Below, piece by piece: positions 17,903 to 30,917 of a stretch of 64,000 bases of DNA; positions within the stretch are counted from its first letter, which is position 1, and every line of letters starts with the position of its first letter. The notes under the pieces are model-generated. The model made no database searches. It was not told the DNA's origin and was given only the letters and a program-made list of their open reading frames with translations. This DNA comes from the human T2T-CHM13v2.0 reference genome, Homo sapiens. Made by a program: the position numbers and the translations under genes. The DNA lies in assembly GCF_009914755.1 (NCBI RefSeq), contig NC_060944.1, one strand, 5' to 3'.

Positions 17903-18311
17903 AAGAATTGGATCCCGATCACTAAATTACCGTCTGTATTTTTGCTTTACTATAGCTATTGTGGTTGTTATTGTTTTTACTGGTCTGCTTTGTTTCTGAA
18001 ACATTCCATCACCATTAGAGATCTTTTGCTCTGTTTAACCTCTATGCCCTCACCATATTTATACACACACATTCCCTATTTTTCTAATATCATCGTAAGC
18101 ATAATATTGTTTAGGTCAGGATTCAATGTTTGCTATTATAACTATAAATGCTAGTCATAACTGAACTGTGTATTAAGCACTCTTTTTATTTACTGCAGTT
18201 TTTGTTTATCATGGAATCAGTCATTGCCTTGTTATTCTTCTGCTGTTTAGCTTTCCATGTACCTGTCCTAATTCAATCTCATATTCTCCACGAGTTGTCT
18301 AAAACTCATCC

Positions 18312-18337
18312 GTGTGTGTGTGTGTGTGTGTGTGTGT
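18312..18337. repeat. (GT)n microsatellite
   Basis: About 13 GT units. Confidence 0.95.
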
Positions 18338-20583
18338 AGATCTTCCTGGACGTGCCTCTCCCCTGCGGCCTGCTCTGGTCTGCACCTGCGCTTCTCCTGT
18401 GGTCTACCCACAGCTCTCATGGAGGCCTCCTTTCACCAGATCCTCAGCTTTGCTCTGCCTTTCTCCTGTCTCACCCTTCCTGTTTCCTCTTTCTTGCTTA
18501 GTTTCCTCATTTTGGTGAAGCACATCTTTAGTAGCTTCCTGAGAAAAAATACATGAAACAGTTTTATAAGAGCTTGCATAAGAATTTTTTTTCTTCCCTG
18601 AAGTTTAAATCCAGTTTGAGGTTGGAAACAATTTTCTTCAGAATTTTGAAGATATTTCTCCATTTCTTTGGGCGGTTTGGAACCAATTCTGACTCCTGAT
18701 CCTTTGTGTTCTCCACCTCCTACTACCCCCCAACGCACTTAAAAAAAATTTTTTTTTTATCCCCAATGCCTAAAATTTCACTGGGATAGATGCTGTAATA
18801 TGGGTCAGTCTCCATACTAATTTTCATGTGTTTGACCTCCTATATTGGTCTTTTAATTTTAATTTATTGTCTCTTTTCATTTTTTTAATTTTTGCTGAAG
18901 TTTCTGAGAGATTTCATCAGCTTTATCTTTCAACCATTCTATTAAGTTTTTAAAATTCAACTATCATTGTTTTAGTTTGTTGTCTTCTGATAGTTCTCTT
19001 TTTTTGTTGCTGTCATTTTTTGCTTTATGGCTGTAGTATCTGCAATCTCCCTAATGATAATTCTTAAAAAATGTTTTCTTCTCCCTCCATACTTTGTTTC
19101 AGCCAAATAGGTTTTTTTCTGTATTTGGTTTTCTTTCATAATTTAATCTTGCCTTAGGTGGTAGGTGATTCCTGCTTGTTTACTTGTATTTGAGAGTGGG
19201 ACATTAAAAGATGACTAGAATCTCTGCATATGGGTGTGGGGCTTATGGATGTGGACTTCACTTAAGAGCCATCTGTTTAGGCTGTTCCCCAAGGAACCCC
19301 TATGTCAGTATTTTTAGACAGTGTCTTTTAGGTTAGTCCAATTCTCTGAATAGGGAGGTTTCAGTCTGCAGTCTGGAGAGTATGGGCAGGGTAGAGAGGC
19401 ATGCAGGCAGAGGAAGGTCTCTGTATTTGTATTCCCTAATGTCTCTTTGTTCAGAAGACTCCACCTTCTACTGTGCCTGGTGTTTTCCAGACTAGAGATC
19501 CTCTGTCTTACCCTCTTCAGAAAATACTCCAGGTTTCTGCCAGGGTGAGAAAAAGCAGTTGCCTGGCTGAGCACAGTAAAGGGGAATATTTACCTTTTTA
19601 TTGCCAAATAATATTCTATTGTATGATATATCACATTTTATTTATCTGTTCATTAGTTGATGGACATTTGGGTTGTTTCCATTTTTTGACTATTATTAGT
19701 AGTGCTTCTGTGAGCATTCCTGTATAATTTTTTTGTATGGAGTTATTATTTTTTTTCTTGGATATATCCTTAGGAATGGAAATGCTGGGTCATGTGGCAA
19801 CTCTTTAAATTTTGAAATGCTATCAAACTATTGTGCAAAGTGGCTACATTTTACATGCCTACCATCAATGTATGAGAGTTCCAGTTTATTCACATCCTTG
19901 CCAACATCTGTTATTATTTGTCATTTTGATTTTAGCTATTTATCTTAATGGGTATAAAGTAATATCTCATTGTGGTTTTGATTTGCATTTGATGGCTAAT
20001 GATGTTAAGCATCTTTTCATGTGCTTATTGGTCATTTGTATATCTTCTTTGAAGGAATGTCTATTCAAATTCTTTGCTTATTTTTAAATTATTTGTCCTC
20101 TTATTGAGTTGAGTTCTTTATATATTCTGGACATGAGTCCTTCATCAGATGTATGATTTGCAGATTTTTTTTCTATTCTGTGTATTATCTTTTTACTTTC
20201 TTGGTTTGAAGTATAAAAGTTTTTAATTTTGATAAAATCTAATTTACTAATTGTGTTTGTCACTTCTGTTTTGGTATCATATCTAAGAAACTGTTGCCTA
20301 ATGAAAGGTCACAAAAATTTATGCCTTTGTTTTTTCCTAAGATTTTTATAGTTTTAGCTCTTATATTTAGGTCTATGATCCATTTTGATTTAACTTTTTG
20401 TATATAGTGTGATGTAGCAGTCTAACTTTATTATTTGGCATATGGATACTCAGTTGTTCTAGAACCATTTGTTGAAAAAACTATTTTCCCATCAAGTTAT
20501 CTTAGTACCCTTGTTGAAAATCAATTGAACATAAATTTAAGGATCTATTTCTATCAATTTTATTCCAATTGACCTGTATGTCT

Positions 20584-20584
20584 T

Positions 20585-20635
<51 letters not shown>

Positions 20636-20922
20636 TTTTGAGACAGAGTCTCACTCTGTCCCCCAGGCTAGAGTGCAGTGGCGCAATCTTGCCACACTGC
20701 AACCTCTGCCTCCTGGTTTCAAATGATTCTCGTGCTTCAGCCTTCCCAGTAGTTGGGATTACAGGTGCACACCACCACACCCAGCTAATTTTTTGTATTT
20801 TTAGTAGAGACAGGGTTTCGCCATGTTGGCCAGGGTTGTCTCGAACTCCTGGCCTCAAGTGATTTGCTAGCCTCGGCCTCCCAAAGTGCTGGGATTACAG
20901 GTGTGAGCCACCGTGCCTGGCC
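20584..20922 (-). mobile_element. AluS with (TTTA)n tail microsatellite
   Basis: About 13 TTTA units at 20584-20638. Confidence 0.95.
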
Positions 20923-20946
20923 TATATGTCTGTTCTTATGCTAGTA

Positions 20947-21298
20947 TAGGTTGAGCATCCCTAATATGAAAATCCAAAATACGAAATCCTCCAAAGTCTG
21001 AAACTTTCTGAATGCCAACATAATGCCACAAGTACAAAATTCCACACCTGACTTCACATGACAATCTGTAGTCAAAATGAAGTCAAAACTTTGTTTCATG
21101 CACAAAATCATAAAAATATGTAAAATTCAGGCTATCTGTATAAGGTATATATGAAACATAAGTGAATTTTGTGTTTAGATTTGGATCTCATCCCCAGGAT
21201 ATCTCATCATGTATGTGCAAATATTCCAAAATCTGAAAAAATCCTACATCTGAAGCACTTCTGGTCCTAAGCATTTCTGATAAGGGATACTCAGCCTG
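20947..21298. mobile_element. Tigger4/Zombi-type (MER46) MITE
   Basis: TIRs aggttgagcatccct / agggatactcagcct with TA duplication; the L1 rejoins across it. Confidence 0.85.
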
Positions 21299-21323
21299 TA
21301 CCATACTGTTTTGATTGTTGTGA

Positions 21324-21653
<330 letters not shown>

Positions 21654-22844
21654 TAATAAGCTTTTAAATTGAGAAGGCTGAGTTCTCCAATTTGATTCTT
21701 CTTTTTCAGTATTGTTTTTGTTACTCCAGATCTCTTGCATTTTCATATACGTTTTAGGATAAACTTGTTAATTTCTATAAAGAAGTCAGCTGGGATTTTG
21801 ATAGGGATTATGTTGAATCTGAGAACAATTTGGGAATATTGCTATATTAACCGCTTTAAGTCTTACAATCCATGAACACGGGTTATCTTTCCACTTAAGT
21901 CTTTAATTTCTTTCAATTATATTTTATGACTTTTGGTGTACAAATCTTGTACTTTTGCTATGCTTATTCCTAAGTATTCTTTTTCATGTTATTATGAATA
22001 GAATTTTTCTTTAAATTTTATTTTAGGACTATTCATTGTTGATATGTAGCAATACAGTAGATTTTAAAATATTTATCATATATCCTACAACCTTGCTGAA
22101 CTTATTAATTCTAGTAGTTTTTTGATGATTTGTTAGGGTTTTCTATATATGAGAACATATTGTTTATGAATAGACAGTTTATTTCTTTCTTCCTGATCTG
22201 GATGCTTTTTATTTCTTTTTCTTGCCTAATTGCCTTAGTTAGAACCTTTAGTACAATGATGAAAAGAAGTGGCAAGAGCAGACGTTTCATGTAAAGACAT
22301 GTCTCTCATCTTAAGGGAGAAAACATTTAGTCTTCATCATTAAGTATGATTTTAGCACTTGGTTTTTCCTAAATGTCTTTTATCAGGTTGAGATAGTTCC
22401 TTCTATTCCTATTGTGTTGGCTTTTTTTTGTTTTTAATTAAAAAAGCATTTTGGGTTTTTTTTTTTTGTATTATGATTATGTGCATTTTTTCTGTTATTC
22501 TATTAATAGAGTGTATTATATTGATTAATTTTCAGATCTTAAACTATCCTTGCATTCTTGGGCTACATCCAACTTGATCGTGGTGTATAATCTTTTTTAC
22601 ATGTTGCTATGTTTGATTTTCTAGTATTTTGTTGAGAATTTTTGTGTCTTCATAAGGGACATTGATGTGTGGTTTTCTTGTGATGTCTCTCTCTGGTATT
22701 GGTATCAGGATGATACTGGCTTCAGAATTATTTGAGAAATTTTTCTTATGCTTCTGTTTTTTTAAAGAGTTTATGAGGGATTGGTTTAAATTATTCTGTA
22801 CACATTTGATAGAATGTAGCAGGGAAGCCATCTGAGCCTGTGCT

Positions 22845-22989
22845 TTTCTCTCTTTTTTTTTTTTCTTTCTGTAGAGATGAGGTCTTGCTGTGTTGCCTAG
22901 TTTGGTCTCGAACTCCTGAGCTCAAGTGAGTCTCCCACTTTGGCCTCCCAAAGTGCTGGGATTATAGGTGTGAGCCACCATGCCTGGCC
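22845..22989 (-). mobile_element. FLAM (Alu left monomer)
   Basis: Single left arm. Confidence 0.85.
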
Positions 22990-23187
22990 AGGGCCTGTCC
23001 TTTTATTTGCAAGCAGTGCTTAAATTACTAATTTAATATAGTATTTTGGTTAAGGGCAATTATAAGTGAACATTCATCTCATAAATACCTATTGATATTT
23101 TACTATTCAGCCCATCTTTTTCCTGTATAATATCCAAATAAAAAGAAATTTTAATATACCTAATTGTAACTTTTTTTTTTCTTAAAG

Positions 23188-23243
23188 GTCTGTAGTTACT
23201 GTGGAATCAATAAGCCATGGCATCTAAGAAATTTGCTGTTAAA
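23188..23243 (+). other. SLX4IP: SLX4IP exon 2 (29 nt 5'UTR + 27 nt CDS)
   Basis: Branch-like CTAAT at 23160, T10 tract, acceptor AG at 23186-23187, donor AAA|GTAAGT at 23243/23244. Confidence 0.92.
23217..23243 (+). CDS. SLX4IP: First coding segment of SLX4-interacting protein (MASKKFAVK, phase-0 junction; CDS continues beyond the window)
   Basis: Strong Kozak GCCATGG with an in-frame upstream TAA (23211). The peptide matches my recollection of the SLX4IP N-terminus (MASKKFAVKCGNF...). Confidence 0.92.
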
Positions 23244-23364
23244 GTAAGTAATGTTTAATAGCTTTTTAAAAAGAGGCTAATCACTTTCTAATATAACTGA
23301 GCTCTGTGTTAATTGAAAATCGAGGTTCCTAACTTTCTGCTTTTTACACTTGGGACTCTGCAAA

Positions 23365-24430
23365 ATTTTTTTTTTTCCTTCAACTTTTAAGTTCTGGGGC
23401 ATGTGTGCAGGATGCGCAGGTTTGTTACATAGGTAAACATGTGCCACAGTGGTTTGTTGCACAGATCATCCCATGACTTAGGTATTAAGCCCAGTGTCCA
23501 TTAGCTATTCTTCCTGATGTTCTCCCTCCCCCTTCCCCCACAACAGGTCCCAGTGTGTGCTGTTTCCCCCCATGTGTCTATGTGTTCTCATTCAGCTCCC
23601 ACTTATAAGTTAGACTATGCAGTATTTGGTTTTCTGTTCTTGCATTAGTTTGTTGAGGATAATGCCTTCCAGCTCCATCCACGTCCCTGCAAAGGACATG
23701 ATTTTGTTCCTTTTTATGGCTGCTTAGTATTCCATGGTGTATATGTACCACATTTTCTTTATCCGTTTTTTCACTGATGGGCATTTAGGTTGATTCCATG
23801 TCTTTGCTATTGTGACTAGTGCTGCAATGAACATACGCATGCATGTTTCTTTATAATAGAATGATTTATATCTTGGGAGGTATATACCCGGTAATGGGAT
23901 TGCTGGGTCAAATGGCATATCTGCCTCTAGATCTTTAGGGAATCGCCACACTGTCTTCCATAATAGTTGAACTAATTTACACTCCCACCAACAGTGTAAA
24001 AATATTCCTTTTTCTCCGCAATCTCACCAGCATCTGTTGTTTCCTGACTTTTTAATAATCGCCATTCTCACTGGCGTGAGATGGTATTGCATTGTTTTGG
24101 ATTTGCATTTCTTTAATGATCAGTGATGTTGAGCTTTTTTTCATATATTTGCTGGCTACACGAATGTCCTTTTTTCAGAAGAGTCTATTTACGTCCTTTG
24201 CCTACTTTTTAATGGCGTCATTTGTTTTTTTTCTTGTAAGTTTGTTTAAGTTCCTTGTAGACTCTGGATATTAGACCTTTGTCAAATGGATAGCTTGCAA
24301 ATATTTTCTCCCATTCTGTAGGTTGTCTGTTCACTGTGATGATAGTTTCTTTTGCTGTGCAGAAGCTCTTTAGTTTAGTTTGATCCCATTTGTCAATTTT
24401 TGCTTTTGTTGCAATTGCTTTTGGTGTTTT
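23365..24430 (-). mobile_element. 5'-truncated L1PA (older primate) 3' end
   Basis: The - strand ORF 23724-23951 is ORF2 C-terminus (PFDPAIPLPGIY...CMRMFIAALVTIAKTWNQPKCPS); L1PA 3'UTR and T-tail. Confidence 0.92.
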
Positions 24431-24999
24431 GGGGACTTGACAATTTTAAGTAGGCATATGGAAAATTTATATTTTGAGAATGAGACGGCGGAGAAAATGT
24501 TCATATGGTTATGAGGCGTTCCTTGCTTCATCTTTTAAAGATGCTTTTTGGTCATCACTTGGTCTTTACTGTTAAAAACTATCATTCATATTCCATGTCC
24601 ATGGCTTGATTTCTCATTATGTCAAAGCAGATAAAAGGTTGAAGCAAAAGAAGTAATCAGCAAATTCTCTACCTGGGTAAATGCCAGGAGAGTTCTCTTG
24701 CCTGGTTGCCCTCTTTCATTTTCCTCTTATAAATGTCCCTTGTTTGTTCCTTGATGGCTGGGGTTGAGACCTTCTCAGGTGTGGATAGATGGGAGGCTCC
24801 TGTGTGAGGGATAGTGGGAAGGGAGAAGAGAAGAACTGATGATGAGTGCAAGATCTTGGAGATGCTTTCATATATGTTGGTGTTTCTTTAGGACATTTTC
24901 TGTATGCTAGTCTTACCATAAGTGCAAGTTCAAAACATCAAAATATAAATTACAATAGCTAGTTGGCCAGATTAGATACTATGTAATATTATAGCTCTG

Positions 25000-26110
25000 T
25001 CTTATTTTTAACCAAGTCAGTGCTTATTTAGATTTACTAACATATTTATAAATTTCATTGCTTTCAGTTGTTTTTTGTATCCATATATATATTCTTTAGT
25101 ATTTCTTTCTGTGAAGGCATGTAAGTGATGAACTTTCACTATTTGTGTGTCTAAAAATGTATTTGGTCTCACCCTAGAAAGATATTTGGTTGGTTTTAGA
25201 ATTCTAGGTTGAGCATTATTTTCCAACAACAGTTTAAAGATAATTTTTAATTTTCTTCTGGCATCTTTTATTACTACTGAGAAATGTTTTCATTATGTAT
25301 TGATGCTTAAATCCACCTTAAAACTTAGTGGCTTGAAACACGAACCATTTTATAATCTCTCCTGATTCTGTAGGTTGCCTAGCATCAATTGAGTAATTTT
25401 TCCTTTTGATGTTGGTTGGGGCTGCAGTTCTACTTAGGGACTCAACTTAGGTGGAAAATGAAAGATGGCATACTCAGTGCAGTTGATGCTGGCTTTGGTT
25501 GGAATCATTGCTGGATCTGTTAATTGTTGTCCTTTAGTTCTCATCCACGTGCCTGTTCTGCATGGCTTGGGCATCTACCCCGGTGGCTGAGTTTTGAGGG
25601 GTAGCATCTTAAGACTTGCACAATGAAAGAAGTATAATTTGTCAGTCCTCTGAAGGCCTAGATGCAGACATCTCAGATGCCACTTCTGTGGACTTCCATT
25701 GATCAGAGCATTCACAGGGTCAGCCTAGAGTCAGGGGAAGCTGCACTCTTGACTTGAGAAGCAGTATTTTCTCACAGGGATTGGGAGAATTGTTGGGGTG
25801 CGTCTATGGAGACTACTCACCTCAGAAGTTCACTGTTGGCCTGATCTGATTCCTTCTTGGTTATCTGTCTTTCTTCTCTGATTGCTCTTAAGATTTATTT
25901 TTGTCTTTGCTCTTCTATAGTTTCACTATGAAATCTCTAGTTATAGTCTTGTTTTTATTCTGGCTTGGGATAAAATGTATGTCTTCAATTTGATGGCTCA
26001 AGTCATCAGTTTTGGAAAATTCTTGACCATTTTCTCTGCCTCTCCTAATTCTCTCTGTTCTCTTCTTATAGAGAACTTTTATTTGAAGTTTGTTGGATAG
26101 TCTCATATGA
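25000..26110 (-). mobile_element. Old L1ME fragment containing an MLT1 LTR (~25290-25820)
   Basis: tttagaattctaggttg L1 motif; ccaccttaaaacttagtggcttgaaac MLT1 motif. Confidence 0.6.
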
Positions 26111-26794
26111 CTTTATTATATGCTAGAGGAGTGAGATTAATTTTTCCAAGACTGAGCCCTGGTAGTCTGTCTGCTCAGAAAAGGGCTGGGCTTCTTGCAA
26201 AACTCTGTTGAAACTGGCTATGGCCAAGTAGGGCAGACCATCCTGGTCAACCATGAAACTTGGACGTGAGGCCCCTAATTATGCAAGAGATGGGTCTGTT
26301 CCATACCCATGGAAATGGCATATTCTGCTACCATATTATCCCATCTTATAGTGATGCCTGCAAGGCTTGGAACAAAGCTTCCAGATCATGGCAGGCAGAG
26401 GAGTTGCCTCAACCGTGAGTATCAGGCTAGCATAATAGGGATAGGGACAGGGTTCTGACACATCGTATTGAAGGCTCTGCACATCACTTTGTGGTTGTAT
26501 TTCTGCCTCTGACAGGCTAGGGACCAGTGGTTCTCTAATCATGTACCTTACTTAGAAGCTCCGTGACTCAAGCATGGGGATCCCTTTTTAAATATCTGAC
26601 ATGAAGTTTTGCCAGGTTTCTGTGCTCTGCTCCAGGGTATCATGAGCAGCAGGAGACCTGCACACCTGCTACTGATGTTGTCAGACATGCTTTCTTCCCA
26701 GGGAACACTGCTCCTGAAGTCTTGTGTGAGTGCTGTGTGGCCAGTGGCCAATTGCCTTTCCCTGTTTTTCTTTTCCTTATTACTTTGAGAGTGC

Positions 26795-26994
26795 TTTTTT
26801 CCTCTCTGAAACAGGATCTCACTCAGTCGCCCAGGCTGGAGTGCAGTGGTGTGAATATGGCTCACTTCAGCCTTGACCTCCTGGGCTTAAGCAGTCCTCC
26901 TGCCTTAGCCTCCTGAGTAGCTGGGACCACAGGCATGCACCACCACTCTCGGCTAATTTTTTTTATTTTTAAATTTTTGTAGAGATGGAGTCTC
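26795..26994 (-). mobile_element. Truncated AluJ (right arm + linker)
   Basis: Ends abruptly at gagatggagtctc. Confidence 0.85.
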
Positions 26995-29160
26995 AGAGCG
27001 AAAAAGGAAGGTATTACATATAACCACAAAACAAGGTTAGGATGTTACGAACTAGGGAAATTCCCAAGAACAAGAAAGAGCTCTTATAAATTAAAAACAT
27101 AATATAAATGAAAATATGATAAAGTATGGGGCAAACACCAAGGAACACTGCCCAGAAAGTAGAACAAAAAGATAATAGATTAAAAAATTGAGGAGAAAAC
27201 CACAAGAAAATTAGAGTTTCAGTCTTGATATGAAAAATTGGAGTTCTAGAAAGAAAAACAAATGGTTGAGAAAATATTATGAAAGAAATAATGCAATACA
27301 ATTTACTGGAAGTGGAGGATACAAACTTCCTGTTTGAAAGAGCTGTGAGTGAATACACAATAAAGTCAATGAAAAAGAGTTGTGCTAAGGTATATCATCC
27401 TAAAATTTCAGAACACTGGGAATTTAGAGAAGAACTTAAAAAGCAAACAGATTACAGACAGAGAATCAAGAATCAGAACACCCTTCTCAACAGCAATAAC
27501 TAGGAGACAGTAGAACAATACCTTTAATATTTTAGGAAAAATGGTTTCCAACCAAGAATTCCCTTTACAGCCCAACTTTCAGTCACATGGTAGAATAGAG
27601 ACATTTATTTTTAGGATGCAGAATGTAGAAAACACTTCCCTTCTGATGCACACTGTTTTAGAAAGGATGTGGTCTTCCAAAATAGGGGAATAAACAGAGA
27701 AAGAATCAGATATGGGATCCAGGAAATAGGGAACCAGTCAGATGAGGGCCTAACCAAATTCCTTGATGATTACTGTGTATTTTGCCTAGAAAGTGTAAGG
27801 GTGGAAAGGGTATGATCCTTTCTTCCCCATCATGGAGGGTCACAGTCAGCACTCCTGTAACAAAAGAATAAGTTAACTAAGGAAAGCATAACAAATTTAT
27901 TATGTGCACACAAGTGCATGGGAGTCATACAAAATATGAACACTCAAAAGCTGGATGTGATGGCATATGCCTGTAGTCCCAGCCATTTGGGGAGGCTGAG
28001 GCAAAAGATTTGCTTGAGCCCAGGAGTTTGAGTTCAGCCTGGGCAACATAGAGAGACCCTGTCTCTAAAAACAACAACAACAAGAAAAGAAAACCCAAAG
28101 AGCCAGACGGTTGACCCTTAATACCCTCTTCGTTGGGGAGAGGGAACTGGGAGATATAGGGGTAACTGATTTTTAGGGGAAATGAATGGACTCGAGAGAC
28201 AGAAATTAACTTGTAAATGATTCTCTTTAGAATTTGAATGAGCCGAGAAGCAGATAATACCTAGTTGAAATGCCTGTCCACTGTGTGGTTGCATTCTTTA
28301 GTCTTCTCTGCTATAGATAATTTCAGGGAATATGGAAGGCAATTGTGTTCCTCTTTGGGTATCCAGTTTCTGGGCAGATAATAGAGCTTCAGCGGAGAGC
28401 CTCATCTTGTGCTTTGGGAGAGATAACGGATTGAGAGGAGGAGGGGAGGAGGTCAGAGAGACCTTGCTGCTGCTTTTTTAGTTTAGCATGTCAAAGTGTT
28501 ATATTTCTGGGTATTGGTTTCTGAACTGCAACCAAAGTAACCAGTCCTATTGGAAGAAGACAGAGGGTTCCATGAAAGATTTCTTCAACAAAAAATGAAA
28601 TGAATAAAATACATCATGTATTTAAATGCATTGAGAAGAGATTTTTTTAGGCCTGTCAGGTAGCATGGGAATGATTTAGTCATAGGAATATAGAAAACTA
28701 AACAAAAGAAAAATGATGCAACCCTCAGTTCTCAGTAAACAAAAGATTGTGCAAGATAGGAAATTAAGCATAGTATACTACGTGGCTCAACTTTTTGTTC
28801 TTCTTGTTATAGAGATGGGGTCTTGCCCTGTTGCTCAGGCTGGAATGCAGTGGCACAGTCATAACTCACTGCGGCCTTGAACTCCTAGGCTCAAGTGATC
28901 CTCCTGCATGGTTCAGCTTTGAACAGAGGTTACATTTCATAATATTGTGAACTCCAAGTTTTGGAAGGCTGGGGAAGGAAACATGTGGGAGGGCAGGTAT
29001 AAGGATTAAGTCTTCATTTTCCACATAAAGTATATAAAACTGAAATAATAAGACATTCGTAGGATAAACATAGTGTTTAGAAATATGTTGGCAAATTACC
29101 AGATCAAAAAGCTAAGTTTCAGTGTGGTTGCCCATGGTGAGTGAGAGTTGGAGTGAGAGA
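26995..29160 (+). mobile_element. Old L1M ORF1-region remnant (sense), interrupted by an LTR and an Alu fragment
   Basis: A-rich; ttccaaccaagaattc...cagcccaactttcagtca ORF1 motif. Confidence 0.6.
27794..28533 (-). mobile_element. ERV1/MER4-group solo LTR containing a FLAM (~27950-28095)
   Basis: ggtcagagagaccttg...catgtcaaagtgttatatttctgggtattggtttctga terminal motif; aaag-like TSD. Confidence 0.7.
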
Positions 29161-29970
29161 GGGGGCTGGATGAGGCAGAAGAGGCCATTTTGTTTTTTTG
29201 TTTGTTTGTTTGTTTGAAAGATGGGGTCTCCTTATGCTGCCCAGTCTGATCTTGAACTACTGGGCTCAAACAATCCTCCTGCCTCAGCCTCCTGAGTAGC
29301 TGGGACTACAGATGTGCACCACTACACCCAGCTTGAGACCTCACTTTGATATGTCGTTTTAATATGTGTCTATGCATTAATATAAAAATTAAGTGCATAA
29401 ATAAAATGTAGGCTGCGTACAGTGGTTCACATCTGTAATCCCTGCATTTTGGAAGGCCCAGGAGGGAGGATCACTTGAGGCCAGGAGTTAGAGACCAGCA
29501 GCCTGAGTAACATAGTGAGACCCCATCTCTAAATTAAAAACAATAATAATAAATAACATTTAAAAGGAATTAATTAACTTATGCAAATTTTTCACATAGA
29601 TGCAGCCACTTTTGACTGGGTTGAAAAGTACTTGGTTAGAGCAGGGTTTCAAAGTAACAGAAAAATTGATGAACACCAAATAGTTTGACACTTCATCTGG
29701 GTTGTTTATTCTAAGACTGCCCTTGGAATGGCATTAATTATTCATGCAAACGACTTACCCATCTGACCTTCCTGCATATGAATACTTTTTTTTTGTTTTT
29801 AAGGGCTGTGGTTCTGGCCTTGAATTCTTTTTTTTAATCACTATTTTTTAGAGACAGGATCTCGTTATGTTGCACAGGCTGAACATGAACTCCTGGGCTC
29901 AAACTGTCCTCCCGACTTGGCCTCCTACGTAGCTGGGACTACAGGCGGCACTGCCACCGCACAGCTGGCT
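28795..29970. mobile_element. Cluster of four Alu monomers/fragments (~28795-28908 -, 29187-29333 -, 29411-29555 +, 29830-29970 -)
   Basis: Single-arm J/FLAM-type sequences. Confidence 0.8.
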
Positions 29971-30281
29971 CTTGAACTCTTTCAAGAGTTGAAGACTCTT
30001 CTGAGGCCAGACTTCCAGGAAATGGCAGTAGTGCATGAGATGTAGGAATCCTTGGAAGTATAACTTTCAGGGTCTATAGACTTCTGGGCTACTGCAGCTT
30101 CTAGCAGGGAGGTATGTCCTGTACTTCAGTGAGTGACTCTTATTTTAACTGAAAGAAGTGGTAGCAGCAGGCGCATCTCCCCAAGGCTTCATAGCAATCT
30201 TAAACCCAAGCTTTGCACCCACCCCAGTGTTTTAAAATTTCCAAAATAATAAACTCTTTAGGGTAGGGAAAAGATCTAGAC

Positions 30282-30457
30282 CAGAGATCTGCAAATTACA
30301 GCCCACATGCCAGCTGCTTGTTTTTGTAAATAATGTTTTACCGGAATCCAGCCACTCCCACTTGTTTACATATCATCCCTGGCTGCTTTTATGCTACAAT
30401 GAAGTGGAGGGTTGAGTAGTTGAAACAAAGACCTTATTGCTTGCAAAGTCTGAAATA
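30282..30457 (+). mobile_element. MER58A (right end missing)
   Basis: gcttgtttttgtaaataatgttttaccggaatccagccactcccacttgtttacat. Confidence 0.85.
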
Positions 30458-30513
30458 AACACACTCACACACACTGATTTATGTATAGAATATGTATACA
30501 AATATATCTTTTA

Positions 30514-30917
<404 letters not shown>

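Noticed and set aside
23578-24274. ORF2-like reading frames
   Set aside because: Fragmented, 5'-truncated L1; not an intact retroelement or host gene.
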